A DNA stretch of 60,923 nt, the filler included, from Syncephalis fuscata S228 (Eukaryota; Fungi; Zoopagomycota): NCBI GenBank assembly GCA_025786725.1. It is 2 parts of 2 records of this genome, joined end to end, with 100 filler letters (N's around TTAATTAATTAA, not from the genome) between each part and the next. Parts side by side here need not be neighbours in the genome. Positions count along the whole stretch, not along the records: positions 31,027 to 60,923 come from JAHLTZ010000089.1; 1 more part is not named here. One strand, given 5' to 3'. Shown piece by piece: positions 37,912 to 50,300 of this stretch. Position numbers and translations under genes: made by a program. Positions within the stretch are counted from its first letter, which is position 1; each line of letters opens with the position of its first letter. The notes beneath the pieces are model-generated. The model was given only the letters and a program-made list of their open reading frames with translations, had not been told where the DNA came from and made no database searches.

Positions 37912-40057
37912 ATAAAACATTCTACTTTGATTGTCTATATTTCCTGCATGGTAATAAGTATTGCCATGATTTCGGTGGAAGCAGGCTCAACTCCACAGCC
38001 TCAAAGTATGGGAAACCATCTTACATTGTACAGAAATTAAAACTGCGTTATTATAACAAAATTACGATTAGCCGACTGGAGTAAGTTTCAAAATTAAATG
38101 CCTACTATTCACAACGTATTTAATAAATTCGCAATAATACCTTTAGGTACATTACTTTCAATAAAACAAATTATACTAAATAAGCCTGATGCTGATTTAT
38201 TACATCTAAACATAATTTTGATAAACTACATTTATAGGTTTTGGTATGTCGAGAAGCATGCACCACACAACTCGGCTAAATTCTGTTTTTTAATAGGTGG
38301 TAATTAGCATACTTTAAAAACTGCACTTATGTTGGCCTAATTCACATCTTTTTACCATTGTTATTCAACTACACCAATTGACTTCACTAATATTACTAAA
38401 TAGTAAGTTGTACACTAGATATTTATATAAATGTAATGTTACTTGGAATGCTAACCAATAACGGTTTTAGTTCATAATTGGTCTATTTATTAAATGGCAA
38501 GCTATTTTAATATACAAATAATTATAAATAAATATGTTGGGAAATTAACTGCAATATTTTTTGATATTGGCGTTGACAAACCAGCATTTATAGGCTTATA
38601 TAAACCATATATTATGCTTAACTTTATTACAATATCTATGTTAAATATTAAATCTGCTGTTTTCTACTTACTGATTCTAATGAATCAATTTATAGGAAGT
38701 ATGTCGTAGCTGAGTTTTACTGTCCGTTCAAACTGACCTGTGGCTAATTTTGTATTAATCAACATTTATAGGAGGTAGGTTGCACATCAACATACACAGT
38801 TGATTCGTCAGTTTTAACATGCTAATTATGCGCTTTTTAACCTTATGCCTTAGCTCCAAGTGAGCTGGTTATTTAAATAATAAGATATAAGCTGATCCAA
38901 ACGTTGATTATCAATAATGGTAGATGGAAGTAAGTTGCGGTCTAAAACTATGACATGAAAACAAGCTGTCATTGACCATGCATTATTGTCTATGCATCAT
39001 GTATAATGAATTGGTATTGTAGAACGTAATAAATTATTTTGTATTTTGTTTTAAAAAGCTAATCGTTATTTAATGGTTCATATGTTATCAATAGCACCAT
39101 TTATGTTAAGTTTTGAATTACTGTGGATAACCTTTTTAGACATAATACTAATCTTATAATGCTGCCACTCTTGCGCTGTTCTGTTTATAAATAACATAGC
39201 AAATGGCAAGTTGTAAATCTAAACGTGCATTGCTAAATTTATTGTGTAATAATATTAATGTTTAACTCAAACTAAATCAAATAGATAGTAAGCTAAATAT
39301 AAATATTCATTGCAATTTTTTAAACTAATACTAACTGTGCTTATCTGATACTACTTCTTACTATATTGTATGACAACAAATGGTGAGTTGCCAATTTTTA
39401 TTATTGTGCTTAAATTACACTAGTTTGCCATTATTGATTTTAATACTGATTTAATAACAATATGTTATTAGGTCTAGGTAGGCTGTGTAATCAAATAATA
39501 ACTGCGTGGTGGTTATTATCAAGTTATAACTAATCGGCATTTTTGGCATTTTATTGCCATACTCAATAATAGGAAGTAAGTTTTAGACTACAATATATTT
39601 AATTGTAACTGGTAGCAACCAATCAATCAATTGTTTACGCAAATAATATTAACATTAACAGGAGGTAGGCTGCAAATAACCTACTCGTGTATATAATGAT
39701 TTTATTAAACAATGTAAACCACTTGTTGTCAAATAAACGACACGTTCAACATTTGGTTATTAATAGCTCCAGGCAAAGCACAAATGTGCGTATTAACATA
39801 TTAGCAATCGTATTTATACTATACCTTAACGCAATGTTAACAGGCGGAAGTAAGTTATATATATATATGAACTGATTTAGCACAATTATTTGTTAACTTT
39901 TAGCTACTTTCTTAACTTAATACATCAACTTTAATAGCAAGACGTAAGGCAATTATTGAATTATTGTATTCTAAACAATCAATTTTAAAATTAATCATTT
40001 TACGTTGATTGTTGCTATCTCAATGATTAATTAACGAAATAATCAAAACAGGCTAGT
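37912..40057 (+). pseudogene. Micro-exon gene for a small secreted peptide (signal-peptide exon plus about 23 exons of 3-9 nt), possibly decaying
   Basis: Exon 1 (37912-38005) gives (I)KHSTLIVYISCMVISIAMISVEAGSTPQPQ. Then 17 micro-exons with AG and GT/GC flanks plus 6 with a degenerate splice site, all multiples of 3, spaced about 55-105 nt. The spliced product contains DNGLxRAPxG twice. ATA stands at the expected start. Confidence 0.75.
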
Positions 40058-40787
40058 GTAAGTTTTAGAATCCAATAGTCATTTATTGCCCTGTATGAAT
40101 TATACTGTTTGTGCAATTTTTGTTAAAACTATACCTGATACATCAATGCTGACCAAATGTAAGTTGTGAATTTTTAATACGATATTTAAGCAAGAATATA
40201 TTTCAATCCAACGCGATCTTTACTGTGTTTAGGATTTTCGCCATAAAGAAGTGAAGAGAACCAATATTGATACAAGTTTGTTCCACTGTCACAAAACATT
40301 CAGCAATGGTTCCATCAATAGTCGGATTCACTAATGTATTCGTGTGCAAACTTCATGTTTCAATTTTTAGTATGCTTTACTCGAGATTCAGCCTACAGTG
40401 ATATTTAGCAAGTTGTTCAGCATCTGATCCTGCTTATTAATCAGCAAGCATGGTATCAAATAAACACGCTTTATTATTGTAATCACTTTTATCTTATTGT
40501 TTTTGACTTTTGTCGGCTCCAAAGCATCTGTTTTTTATCTTAAAAAAATGTTTTAGCATTTGCTATAAATCTAAATTATTTGATAGCTAATTTTTCAACT
40601 ACTTTCCAGAGAATTTTTTTTAAAGTTTACATAAAATGCTTTAATTATAAACAGAGTAACAATGTAAAACACTAACTGCAAACTAATTGCTTTGAAACTT
40701 AGCATGTAAAACTAGCAAAGATTAACATCGCACTGATAAATGGGAACAAATAAAAATAAATTAATAGTATGTTGAAAATGTAGCGTA

Positions 40788-41741
40788 TTACGTTGTATAC
40801 GCTGTTCCAGGCGCACCAAGACATTCATCCATGCGTACAATTTTTTTCCCTAAAGATTCTGCGTAACGAACTACCCTTTCAACATAGGCAGCATTTGTTG
40901 CAGCATGAATATCATGCTGTAGCCCAATAAATGAGGCATCCTTTGGTGCACTTTTCATTGCATTAAAATAGCTTTGAAATGAAGCATCGCTGTCCGTTGG
41001 ATGCTTCCTGTAATAACAATAATAATAATGGTTTGTGCTATGTTAATTACAGTGGTACAAGTAGATGAAGAAAACTTACCAATCATTGGTATCTACATTC
41101 CAAATGATTATTTTGTAATTGAGATCATTAAGCACGTTAAAAGCAAGATCATTGAGTCTGCCATAAGGCGGTCTCATATATTGGGGGCGAACACCAATGA
41201 TGTCGTACAATACGTCATTGAGCAAATTCATTTCGTTTTTGATTTCCATGGCGTTCAGCCTTCTAAGATCGTGGTGTGAGAACGTATGTGATGCAATTTG
41301 ATGTCCTGTATTAAACGCTTTTTTGACCAGTGATGTTTCTGATGGCCGAGTGATATCCATATGTGTTTTGCCATTGACAAAAAATGTTCCTTTGACGCCC
41401 AGTTCATTCAGCTTGTCAATGATCCCTTCTGTATTCTAATAAATCAACAATAGAAAATAGGTTAGTTATGCCAAATGTTGCACTTATTATAATATTACAT
41501 TGCCTGGTCCATCGTCAAATGTCAATGCTACAACGTTGGGTACCTTACATTCATACCAAACATGCTGAACCCATCTAGGTTCTTCCATGAAATAATTCGC
41601 AACAGCTATTAGAATATACAGTCCTGTTGCCACAGTAAGTAACAAAGTTGTATATTTTAAATATCCTTTGTTATAAATAAAGCTTTTTTGGTTAGCGTTG
41701 CTTTTTTTATTGCTTCGCGCTATTTCTTGATAGAACTTCAT
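40788..41741 (-). CDS. Chitin/polysaccharide deacetylase (CE4, NodB domain) with N-terminal membrane anchor
   Basis: TFDDGP, KGTFFVNG, HQIASHTFSH, MRPPYG, DTNDW, LQHD; two GT-AG introns. Confidence 0.95.
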
Positions 41742-42162
41742 GGTTAGAAAGCGTACCTGACAACAACTAGAGCAAAAGGAAAAGAGATAACTAATTGCAC
41801 TGCACCGTGGGATGGACTTGGCTATGGGTTTGTGCTAATGTGGCAGACTATCAAATTACGTGGGTACATTTTTGTGCATCTCATTAGCCGCTGGCCTTTG
41901 TATAGGCCTGTACCATGGGTATTAATGGACGTATTTGGTATATGTCATCCGACTCAGTTCTAATTTAGTTATTACTGATTAGTAATTAATAAATAGTGCA
42001 CATGTTTAAAGAGAAAAAATATTGTTTAATGCAAGTGTATTAGGTGAACAGAAAATAAGGATTTTGACCTCGTAATAATGAATAAATGGATTTAGTCATA
42101 AAAACTAAATGATAATAATAAACAGCAGAAAATGGTGCTAATATGGTGTAAAATACACAATA

Positions 42163-44979
42163 TTAAATGCAGGCTAGAGTAACCTTGCCACGGCATTGTT
42201 TAAAGGCGTTGTTGACTGCGTCATCGTCCGTCAATGGAATGTTTGTGCCATCTGGACAACGGAATACCAATGTGCGTCCAGCAAGTGCTTCGGCCGGCAA
42301 CTTTTCGCGAATTAGTGATCGGAATACAGCTGCTTTCAACGTGCTATAGTCAGCATCCTTTTTAACACGGAAGCGAACTGCTTGTGTCGTTTCATCTTCA
42401 GTAATGGACTGTGATGTTAAGCTTGATTTGCGAGTATAATTAACCTGCTTATTAGCATCATTAGCAGTGATGGAGGAGGAGGGTACAAATGCTGCTGCAG
42501 CTGTAGCCGCCATAAGTCGTTTGCGTCGATGTGCTTCAAAGCCACTCGTAGCCATCTTCAAATTGTTATCAAAGGTCAGACCAACTGTGCTAGGTGTAGT
42601 CTTTGTTATCGACAATCGTCTATTGCGTTGAGTAGCTTTGCGTGGTGGTGCAGCCTTTGAAGCTATAATAATCGAGCTTGGTCGTTCAACGGTCACTGGC
42701 CTTTGTGACTGTTTATATTTTAAAGCGGCTACAGTTGGCGATGGTGACAATGGCACAGCAATAGCCTCAATAATCGATTGAGCTGTATTAACTGCCGTCA
42801 ATTGAGCTGGATCAATATTGCAGAGCGGCTCATTGCTAAGAATAGTTTCAAGTTTTGTAGGAATAGATGGCCGACGTCCTTGAGGTAGCCCCGTTACAAA
42901 AGGCTTAGGCTTTGAGATGTAATGCGATTTCATACCAACTTCTTCCATCTGTTCAATAGGTGTTTGGCGCCAACGTGCCTGTTTGGGTGGTGGACCAACA
43001 ACCGGCACAGAACGAGAACGGCGGTGTTCACGCGGCTGAGCATAGGAGATTTCACAGCGAAGACGAAGTTCACCATTGCATAGCTCAATCTCTTTGCTTA
43101 GTGTACGATCGCCGAGTACACGCTTTGGTCGACTATTTTCAGATGGTATTGTCCATATCATAATGCGGCTATCATCGGCGTCTCTTTCAATAAAGTTACG
43201 CTTGCGTAATTCAAAATCAATAACATCATACAATGTAGCGTAATCAATGTCAAACGGTACAAAAAGCTGCAGCGGCTTTTTGAAACGCCACTGCACAACG
43301 GATATCTTCAAAGGAACCTCATCAATACTAGCTATCGATTGAACGGTACTGGGTCGGCTGCTTAATGAAATGGCAGTATGTGTTAATGGCGTCAATAGCT
43401 CTTCAATTGTTGTCCCTGGCTCACGATTCTTTAGTGGCGCATATAAATCCAACAAGTCAGAAAATTCTGTGGACCGTGTGGCGGCCGAATTTGGCAAAGA
43501 CATAGAATCGCCTTCGTATGAATCGACAGATGATCGGTCCAATGAAGAGTCGGACATTTCAGCTGGTAGCGCCTCCATGGGCGCATCGGCACTATCACTT
43601 TGCAGTGCATGTACTGTTTTATTGTCTTCTTGTAAACTAGGCACTGGTGGTAATTCCTTATCAAGCGACTTTATCGTAAGATTAGGCTGGCTTTTAGTAG
43701 CTTGCTTCAGATTACCAAGAGGTGGTGATAAGTTGTTGATGTTACCCTTTTCACTAGTTAGGTTAGAGCTGCTATGGCTGCTAATACTGCCGCCAATATT
43801 GCTTGGTACTGACGGTGCGCCATTGATTGAGTTCCTTCTTGACACAAGCTTGAATTCATCTAGGCCTAAATCGATATCAATCGATATATCATCCAAGTAT
43901 GAATAGTTGCCAGCAACTTCTGGTACATTCTGAGATGCAACAGAAGGCACAGTAGGATTGTTAAGCGCATTAGTTGCCCAAGCAATGCCATCATTTGAAT
44001 TTTGTCTAAATAGATTATTGCTTGCATCGTCAATGGGCCGGCTTCGGTGCAATGCACGTGCCAAACGGCCACTAATAGCATTAAGCGAATTCGGCTTAGT
44101 ATGAATGGCCAGCATGGTTGCTTCGCCACGACGTAATCCTGTAATATCGGCTGACGATACAACAAGCTGAGGGAGCCCAATCTTGTTGGCTTGAACATAA
44201 CGACGTGAACGATTGTTACCGACACCTTGCCCGTTGGTGGCTGACATCACGGTCTCACGGTGCTTTCGTGGCCGAAGTAGCATGCTGGCTCGCTGCATCC
44301 ACGGCATTGGCTCATTGTTTGCCGATTGAGAGCGTCGGTGCGCCCTTAGGCTTGGATGGTCAACGTTACGCTGGCTCGACGATGCGTCGTCACTGCCATT
44401 GTTAAAAGCAACACAATTGCCGCTTGCCTGTAAATCAGATGGCCAGATACCGAAAAATTCCATCGAAGGACGTGCATCCAACACTAAAACAGGTAGTTTC
44501 AAAAGACCGTCCACAAACTGTTTCAAGTCATCCTGAATGTTTGGTAACGAGAAGTTGTTCCCCGGATCATTACAGATGGTCGTATCAGCTAGTCTTGAAA
44601 TTTGTTGCAATAGCGCTGAATTGTCGCTGAAGAAAGCACAGAGTAAACAGCCATAGGAGCGGAAATCCATAAAACGACGACGAATTGTGTAGCCACGAGG
44701 TCCCGACTGTGACGGAGATGATGTCAGTTTTGTAGCATTTTCCTTCGCACTTGGTACAACACTAAATGTGAACCAAACTTGGTCCAGTGGCGGTGACGCT
44801 TGATTGCTGCCAATAATCTCGTATTTTCCCTGCTGTATATCAGCAAAAGGGCCGTTCAAGGTATCTGATACCGAGCCGTGTGAAGATGGAGGTGACTTTT
44901 CATGCATCATCGACTTGGATGCAGCACTTTTAGCGATAGTAGTAGTAGTAGTAGTAGTAGTAGCAGTAGTATAGGCCAT
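42163..44979 (-). CDS. PX-domain protein with two PB1/ubiquitin-like modules, paralogue 1
   Basis: YTIRRRFMDF...LKQFVDGLL...MEFFG (PX); two roughly 80-aa modules, the last ending VTLACI*. Confidence 0.75.
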   Translation of the reverse strand: MAYTTATTTTTTTTIAKSAASKSMMHEKSPPSSHGSVSDTLNGPFADIQQGKYEIIGSNQASPPLDQVWFTFSVVPSAKENATKLTSSPSQSGPRGYTIRRRFMDFRSYGCLLCAFFSDNSALLQQISRLADTTICNDPGNNFSLPNIQDDLKQFVDGLLKLPVLVLDARPSMEFFGIWPSDLQASGNCVAFNNGSDDASSSQRNVDHPSLRAHRRSQSANNEPMPWMQRASMLLRPRKHRETVMSATNGQGVGNNRSRRYVQANKIGLPQLVVSSADITGLRRGEATMLAIHTKPNSLNAISGRLARALHRSRPIDDASNNLFRQNSNDGIAWATNALNNPTVPSVASQNVPEVAGNYSYLDDISIDIDLGLDEFKLVSRRNSINGAPSVPSNIGGSISSHSSSNLTSEKGNINNLSPPLGNLKQATKSQPNLTIKSLDKELPPVPSLQEDNKTVHALQSDSADAPMEALPAEMSDSSLDRSSVDSYEGDSMSLPNSAATRSTEFSDLLDLYAPLKNREPGTTIEELLTPLTHTAISLSSRPSTVQSIASIDEVPLKISVVQWRFKKPLQLFVPFDIDYATLYDVIDFELRKRNFIERDADDSRIMIWTIPSENSRPKRVLGDRTLSKEIELCNGELRLRCEISYAQPREHRRSRSVPVVGPPPKQARWRQTPIEQMEEVGMKSHYISKPKPFVTGLPQGRRPSIPTKLETILSNEPLCNIDPAQLTAVNTAQSIIEAIAVPLSPSPTVAALKYKQSQRPVTVERPSSIIIASKAAPPRKATQRNRRLSITKTTPSTVGLTFDNNLKMATSGFEAHRRKRLMAATAAAAFVPSSSITANDANKQVNYTRKSSLTSQSITEDETTQAVRFRVKKDADYSTLKAAVFRSLIREKLPAEALAGRTLVFRCPDGTNIPLTDDDAVNNAFKQCRGKVTLACI

Positions 44980-46714
44980 TTTCACGTAAATAAACGCAAA
45001 TTATAACATATATTTGACTACAGCGTGAGCGTCAATGTAATCTAGAGTAAAACCAAGAACCAGCTTGTAATAGTAATAGGACGCGTTCTTCAAATAAAAA
45101 TAGATAGAACAAAAGAAATAAGCTGAAATAATAGTAAAAAGGAGTTTTGTTTAACGGTCAAAGAGGCGAAGAAAAGGAACACCAGCAAATAGGTATACGA
45201 AATAATGGATACTGCCCAGCAGTCAAGAATAGAGTACGGAAGTTGAAAGAGTCAGAACTATGCAAAAATATTGAGAAAGAACACAAGTACTATAATGTGT
45301 GCACAATTCAAGAGATACCGATAATAAATGAATTAAAAATGAAAGAAGTACTTCGATGCTAGCTGCATGTCATATGAACTATAACTACAACACCGAGTGC
45401 CGTGGTCCCGCTTTGCTTAGTACGGGGTAATGTTGTCGCAGCCGCACAGCGGCTCTCAATCACACTGTCTGTGACAAACAATATACAGGAAGTGTAGCAA
45501 AGCATGGAAACAATGTAAGAAGTTTTACTGACAAAAAACTGGATCATAAGGAGTTTTATTACTTATTTAGGCCAGACAGATTAATAAAGAAAAAAGGGGA
45601 GACTGTTTCGCTAACAAGCCGCATAAGTGCATAGCAATCCATACACGCGGTACTTGTCGATGGATCACATTATACAAGTGCTATAGTGGAATTAGTATTC
45701 TAAATATAACTTGCATGCTTTTACGTATCAGGAGCTAAACGGATGTTGCACAGTTATTTGATTTGTACATTCTAAACAATCGAGCTAGAGTCATTTGCCG
45801 ATAATGGACATAAATACAAACATCGAACATTCTTTACAAAGTCTTCGTTAAATTACGAATCAATAAACAATGCTACTCCTAAGATAGTCACCATTCAAGG
45901 CTAACACGATACATTGCTACAGCCATTTTTAAGGGTCATTCGCTAGGATGCGTGTTTTTTATTCGACGCTTATTAATGCTAAATGATATAGATGATATAG
46001 ATGAATGAGTTGGTTGACATTTACTTTACGTTTTCTACTTTTTTTCCACCATTCTCTACTTTTGCGCAGTAATTTTTTTTTACAAAATCGATCGTAATGA
46101 CAAGCCGATTAAATTGGTTTATGTTTAAATTACTATTTGTCATTTGCATCCATTTTATTACACTTTCCGCTTTCACTTTGTCAGAGTTTGAATTTTGCCT
46201 GACTATTCACACGTCACATCCAATAACTAGTAAAAATGTGGCATCACAACTTTACAATAAGTATTGACCATGTGAATTGACATACAACATAACACATAAG
46301 CTATACCGATGTACATCATTATCGTTATCGCCATAATATGCCATTGCTATTATATTGTCACTATTATGCTAAATAAATATTTAGTATATAAACCGGCCTA
46401 TTTTATTAATCAAATAAACACTATTTTAAATTTCAATCCATATACCTGTAAAGCAGTGTAATACATGGATATGCAGTTTAAGCCAATGTTTAGCTGTTTA
46501 GTAAAGCCTATAGAATAATAAAAAGATAATAGAATATTTGTTAAATAATAATATAGAATAGGTAATTAAGCGGCTATATTACTGCTTGGCCATGCTGCAA
46601 TATAATTATTAGTTAGATTACTAAACGATTAATGCTCGCATTAGAACAACAACTGCATTAATAATAGATACATTTAGTTATGTATAATATTATATAAAAT
46701 TGGCTGCAATCGTA

Positions 46715-47010
46715 GCAATAACTTTACATATAATTGAATAAATTATATGATATTTTGCACGAATATGCTTATGACATATAGATAGCTGTTGGCAAAGCAT
46801 ACCGTAATTTTATTGTGCGGTAGTATAATGGTTGCAATAATACGCTAATAAATGTACAAAAATAACAGTTTTATACTATTTATGGCTCATATAAGTAAAA
46901 TACAGCAAAACGGTCGCCGAATTTGAATCCTCCATGCTTAGCTGCACAAGTTGATATAAGAAATAGAACACTAATTTTTGCAGCAAAAATTAGTCAAAAA
47001 TGCAATCTGA
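46715..47010 (+). repeat. Dispersed repeat family C copy
   Basis: Collinear with 14965-15262, e.g. tgcaataatacgctaataaatgt...aaaatacagcaaaa...ctccatgcttag. Confidence 0.8.
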
Positions 47011-47365
47011 ATAAATCTATGTTGACAAAATCTGTCATATGTGTTTATAACATAAATTGTCACTGTACATCAATATTTCTGCATACTAGATTGCCGTTAT
47101 GCTTGTTTTAGCACTATAGAATGCCTTAGATTTACTTTACACCAAATTTCATTTTCAATATTAGAATCTTTAAAATTCTAAAACTTTGATTGCTCTTTGT
47201 TAACTAATTTATACGTAAATTACATTTTTGACTAATGGTATTTTGCTACTACCAAATAAGTGAATAAATTTATTAATTAAATAGCATATTTTATTATAAT
47301 AGAGAAATGATAAAAAGAGAAAGGCACATTTATGTGCGTTGTGTAATTGGTGATGATTATAATAA

Positions 47366-50300
47366 TTAAATACAATGGAATACTAAATGGCTATTGCCCC
47401 CATCAAGACAGTCATCGACTGCTTCACGTAGTGGTCCATCGCCACTCACAGTCAATTCACCGTGTGTGCCACGATAAACTAAAGCCTTGCCGGCAAATAA
47501 CGTCTCGGGCATTTGACGACGAATAAGTTCGGCCCAAATAGATGCACGTAATGATGCGTACTCAACATTACGCATTGCCTGTAACAAAAAGTGTTGTCTA
47601 TCATCGAGTTGCACGGTAATGTCAAGTCGACTTGTATCTGGTGCTTGTTTAGTAACCAATAAACGTGATTCAGAACGCATTTTGTGTAAAAGACGACGTG
47701 CACCACTTGTTGGTGCTGCTTCTTCGCTTGCTGCTGCAGTGGCTGTATCTGTCCCTTCTGCTTGATCGGCCAGTGCCGCTTCAGCCTTTAATTGTTCCTC
47801 TTCCTCTACTTGTGCTTGTCTTAATTGTTCAAGGAAGCTACGCTTGTTCTTTAGCTTTTGGGCCTTGGTTAATTCTTTCTTCTTGCCATCGGCCGGTTCC
47901 ATATTGGTTTTGCTCGATAGACGTGGTGGCGGTACTACCGTAACTGATTCAGCCACCATTGCGTCCGTTGCTACTGAGCCATGATTAGTGGATGATGTAG
48001 CAATAGCCGTTGCTGCAGTAGTAGTAGTGCCATCTGTCGTTGTAGTCTCTGCAGCAGTATTGCTTGTATCTCCTTCTGAAGTACCCGCTTTATTGCGTGC
48101 CATACTCATCAAACTATTGGCACGGCGAATGCTGAAACTACTTACAAATCCACTCGCAGCCGTTTGGAATCGCGTCTTAAATGTGCTATCATTACCATCA
48201 ACGGCCAACGATTGATTATCGGTATCATTTTGTTCTTTGTTTGACATGAACGAAAAAGCACTAGAGAAGCTACTTGTCATTCGATTAGCAACTCGATCCT
48301 TTGGCTGTTCTGTCACCGCTGTAGTATTGTCACTAGTTGATAACGAATCCTGAGAAACATTATTTAATCCAAGCTTGTGTGCAAGATCTGGATCCATCCA
48401 TGGAGCAGTCAACGAAGGCGATACAATTGATGAATCAGCACTAGCCGTACGTGATACTGGTGTAATTGTCAATGTAATATCTTCATTGTCATTAGTAGTA
48501 GTAGTAGTAGTAGTAACAGCATTAGACGGTGTAGGGATGACTAGTGTTGGTTTAGTAGCTGGCTGATCAGCCAATTCAGCCGTTGATTTGTCAATATCAG
48601 CATTATTTGGTAACACTGCAGCTGATTCAAGTGTAATTGATGGGCGACGATCAGTAGATGTTACTAATTCTTGTTTATCACCAGCTACATCCAGTGTATT
48701 GTTAACAGTATTCGATTCTAATACAGCATCTGATGGTAACATCGTTACCTTATTCAATGTATTCATTACATCTGATTCAATAACAGTAGCTACATCTTGA
48801 TCAATGGACACAGGTACATCAATCTTTACTGTAGTAGCTTCTTCTTCTTCTTCATTATCTACTTCTTCATCGTCATAAATGTAACTTTCAAGATGTTCTG
48901 AAAGACGATACCATGAATTGACAGGTGGGGAAACTGGTGTTTCTGGTGTATCCATTTCCAGTAATGGAATACGTGATGGTGGTGCCAACGCTGATTGCTG
49001 TGCCGATGTAGATGACATAAGTGAAAATGAACCACGCGGTAAACTCAATTGTAACTGTTCAATTAACGCCGGTGTTAATGGCACTTCACTATTAGATGGA
49101 ATGGATACTTTTCGAATAGTTGTCGCCTGTGGTGGTGATGCAGGTGTTGGTTTTGTGGCATTTAAATCCTTCATGGCCTCTTCCATCAATGTCGTCTTTG
49201 TTTCTTCTAAGCTGTCATCTTTAGTAGGTGGCATTGGTAATGGTTTGGTCTTATTCGATTGATCTTCACTTTGATTACTAGAAGTTGACTTGGTGCTATT
49301 ACTATCACTTGATGTAAATGCTGATATAATTTTGGCAAATGCTCCTTTTCCCTGGCTACGTTTTGGTGGCAATGGTGATGGTGGCAATGGCTTATTTTCA
49401 GTAGGCTGCGATATTTCAAATGATGGTATAGTTGGCAAATCTGCATTAATATCCTTTCCCGCATTTGCAGTAGTAGTAGTAGTAGTAGTAGCTGGCTTAT
49501 TATTACTAGTGGTCTTTGAGCAATAAAGTGCAATTTCATCATTTGTAACTAGTGCCATAACACGTTGAAGTGCATTATCATTTACTACACGAATAGGTTG
49601 ACCATCTGGCTGATTTGGATCATTGCATAGTAATAAACGTCCACTCATGCGTTCAGCCAATCCAGGAATACGCGACACTTCTTTCCATAGTGCATTGCGT
49701 AATTGTGCAAATTGTGCATTACGTACTAAGCGTAAACGTACTTCGCGTGTTGAATCTACTCGTACAATAACAATAACATGTTGTGCATCAGATGATGACT
49801 GACTATGACTGGGTCCATTGTTGACCGTTAAGTTGTTATTTTGACCATTGGTAACTAGCGCTGATCGTCTAGCATCTGTACCACCTCGCTGTGGAGATCT
49901 TTCTGGAATAGGCGTAGCATGAATACTACCAGTAAATGAATTATCTCTTCTATGATTGCCAGCAGATCTAGAACGAGCCATAGGCACGCCATGGCCTCCA
50001 TTAATTGTCAATGCCGCCGTCATAACTGTAATGGCTTCACTGCCCAAAGAGGCTGGCTGAAAGCTGTTTATATCGCTTTTACCCGTAAAAATAGATCCAT
50101 TACTATTGGTCATTGATTTACGCCGAGTACCAATACTTTGTCTACGCTGTGAAGCATCAAATTTAAACGAAGCAGTTGACGAGGCGGCCGATGAGACATT
50201 AGAAGAAAGATGTGGTGTTGAAAGATTGCCTAAACTTTGTACAGGTGAATTGCTACAGGACTCTCTATGGGCGGCTGCTTGAGCCAGGAAACGGGCCAAT

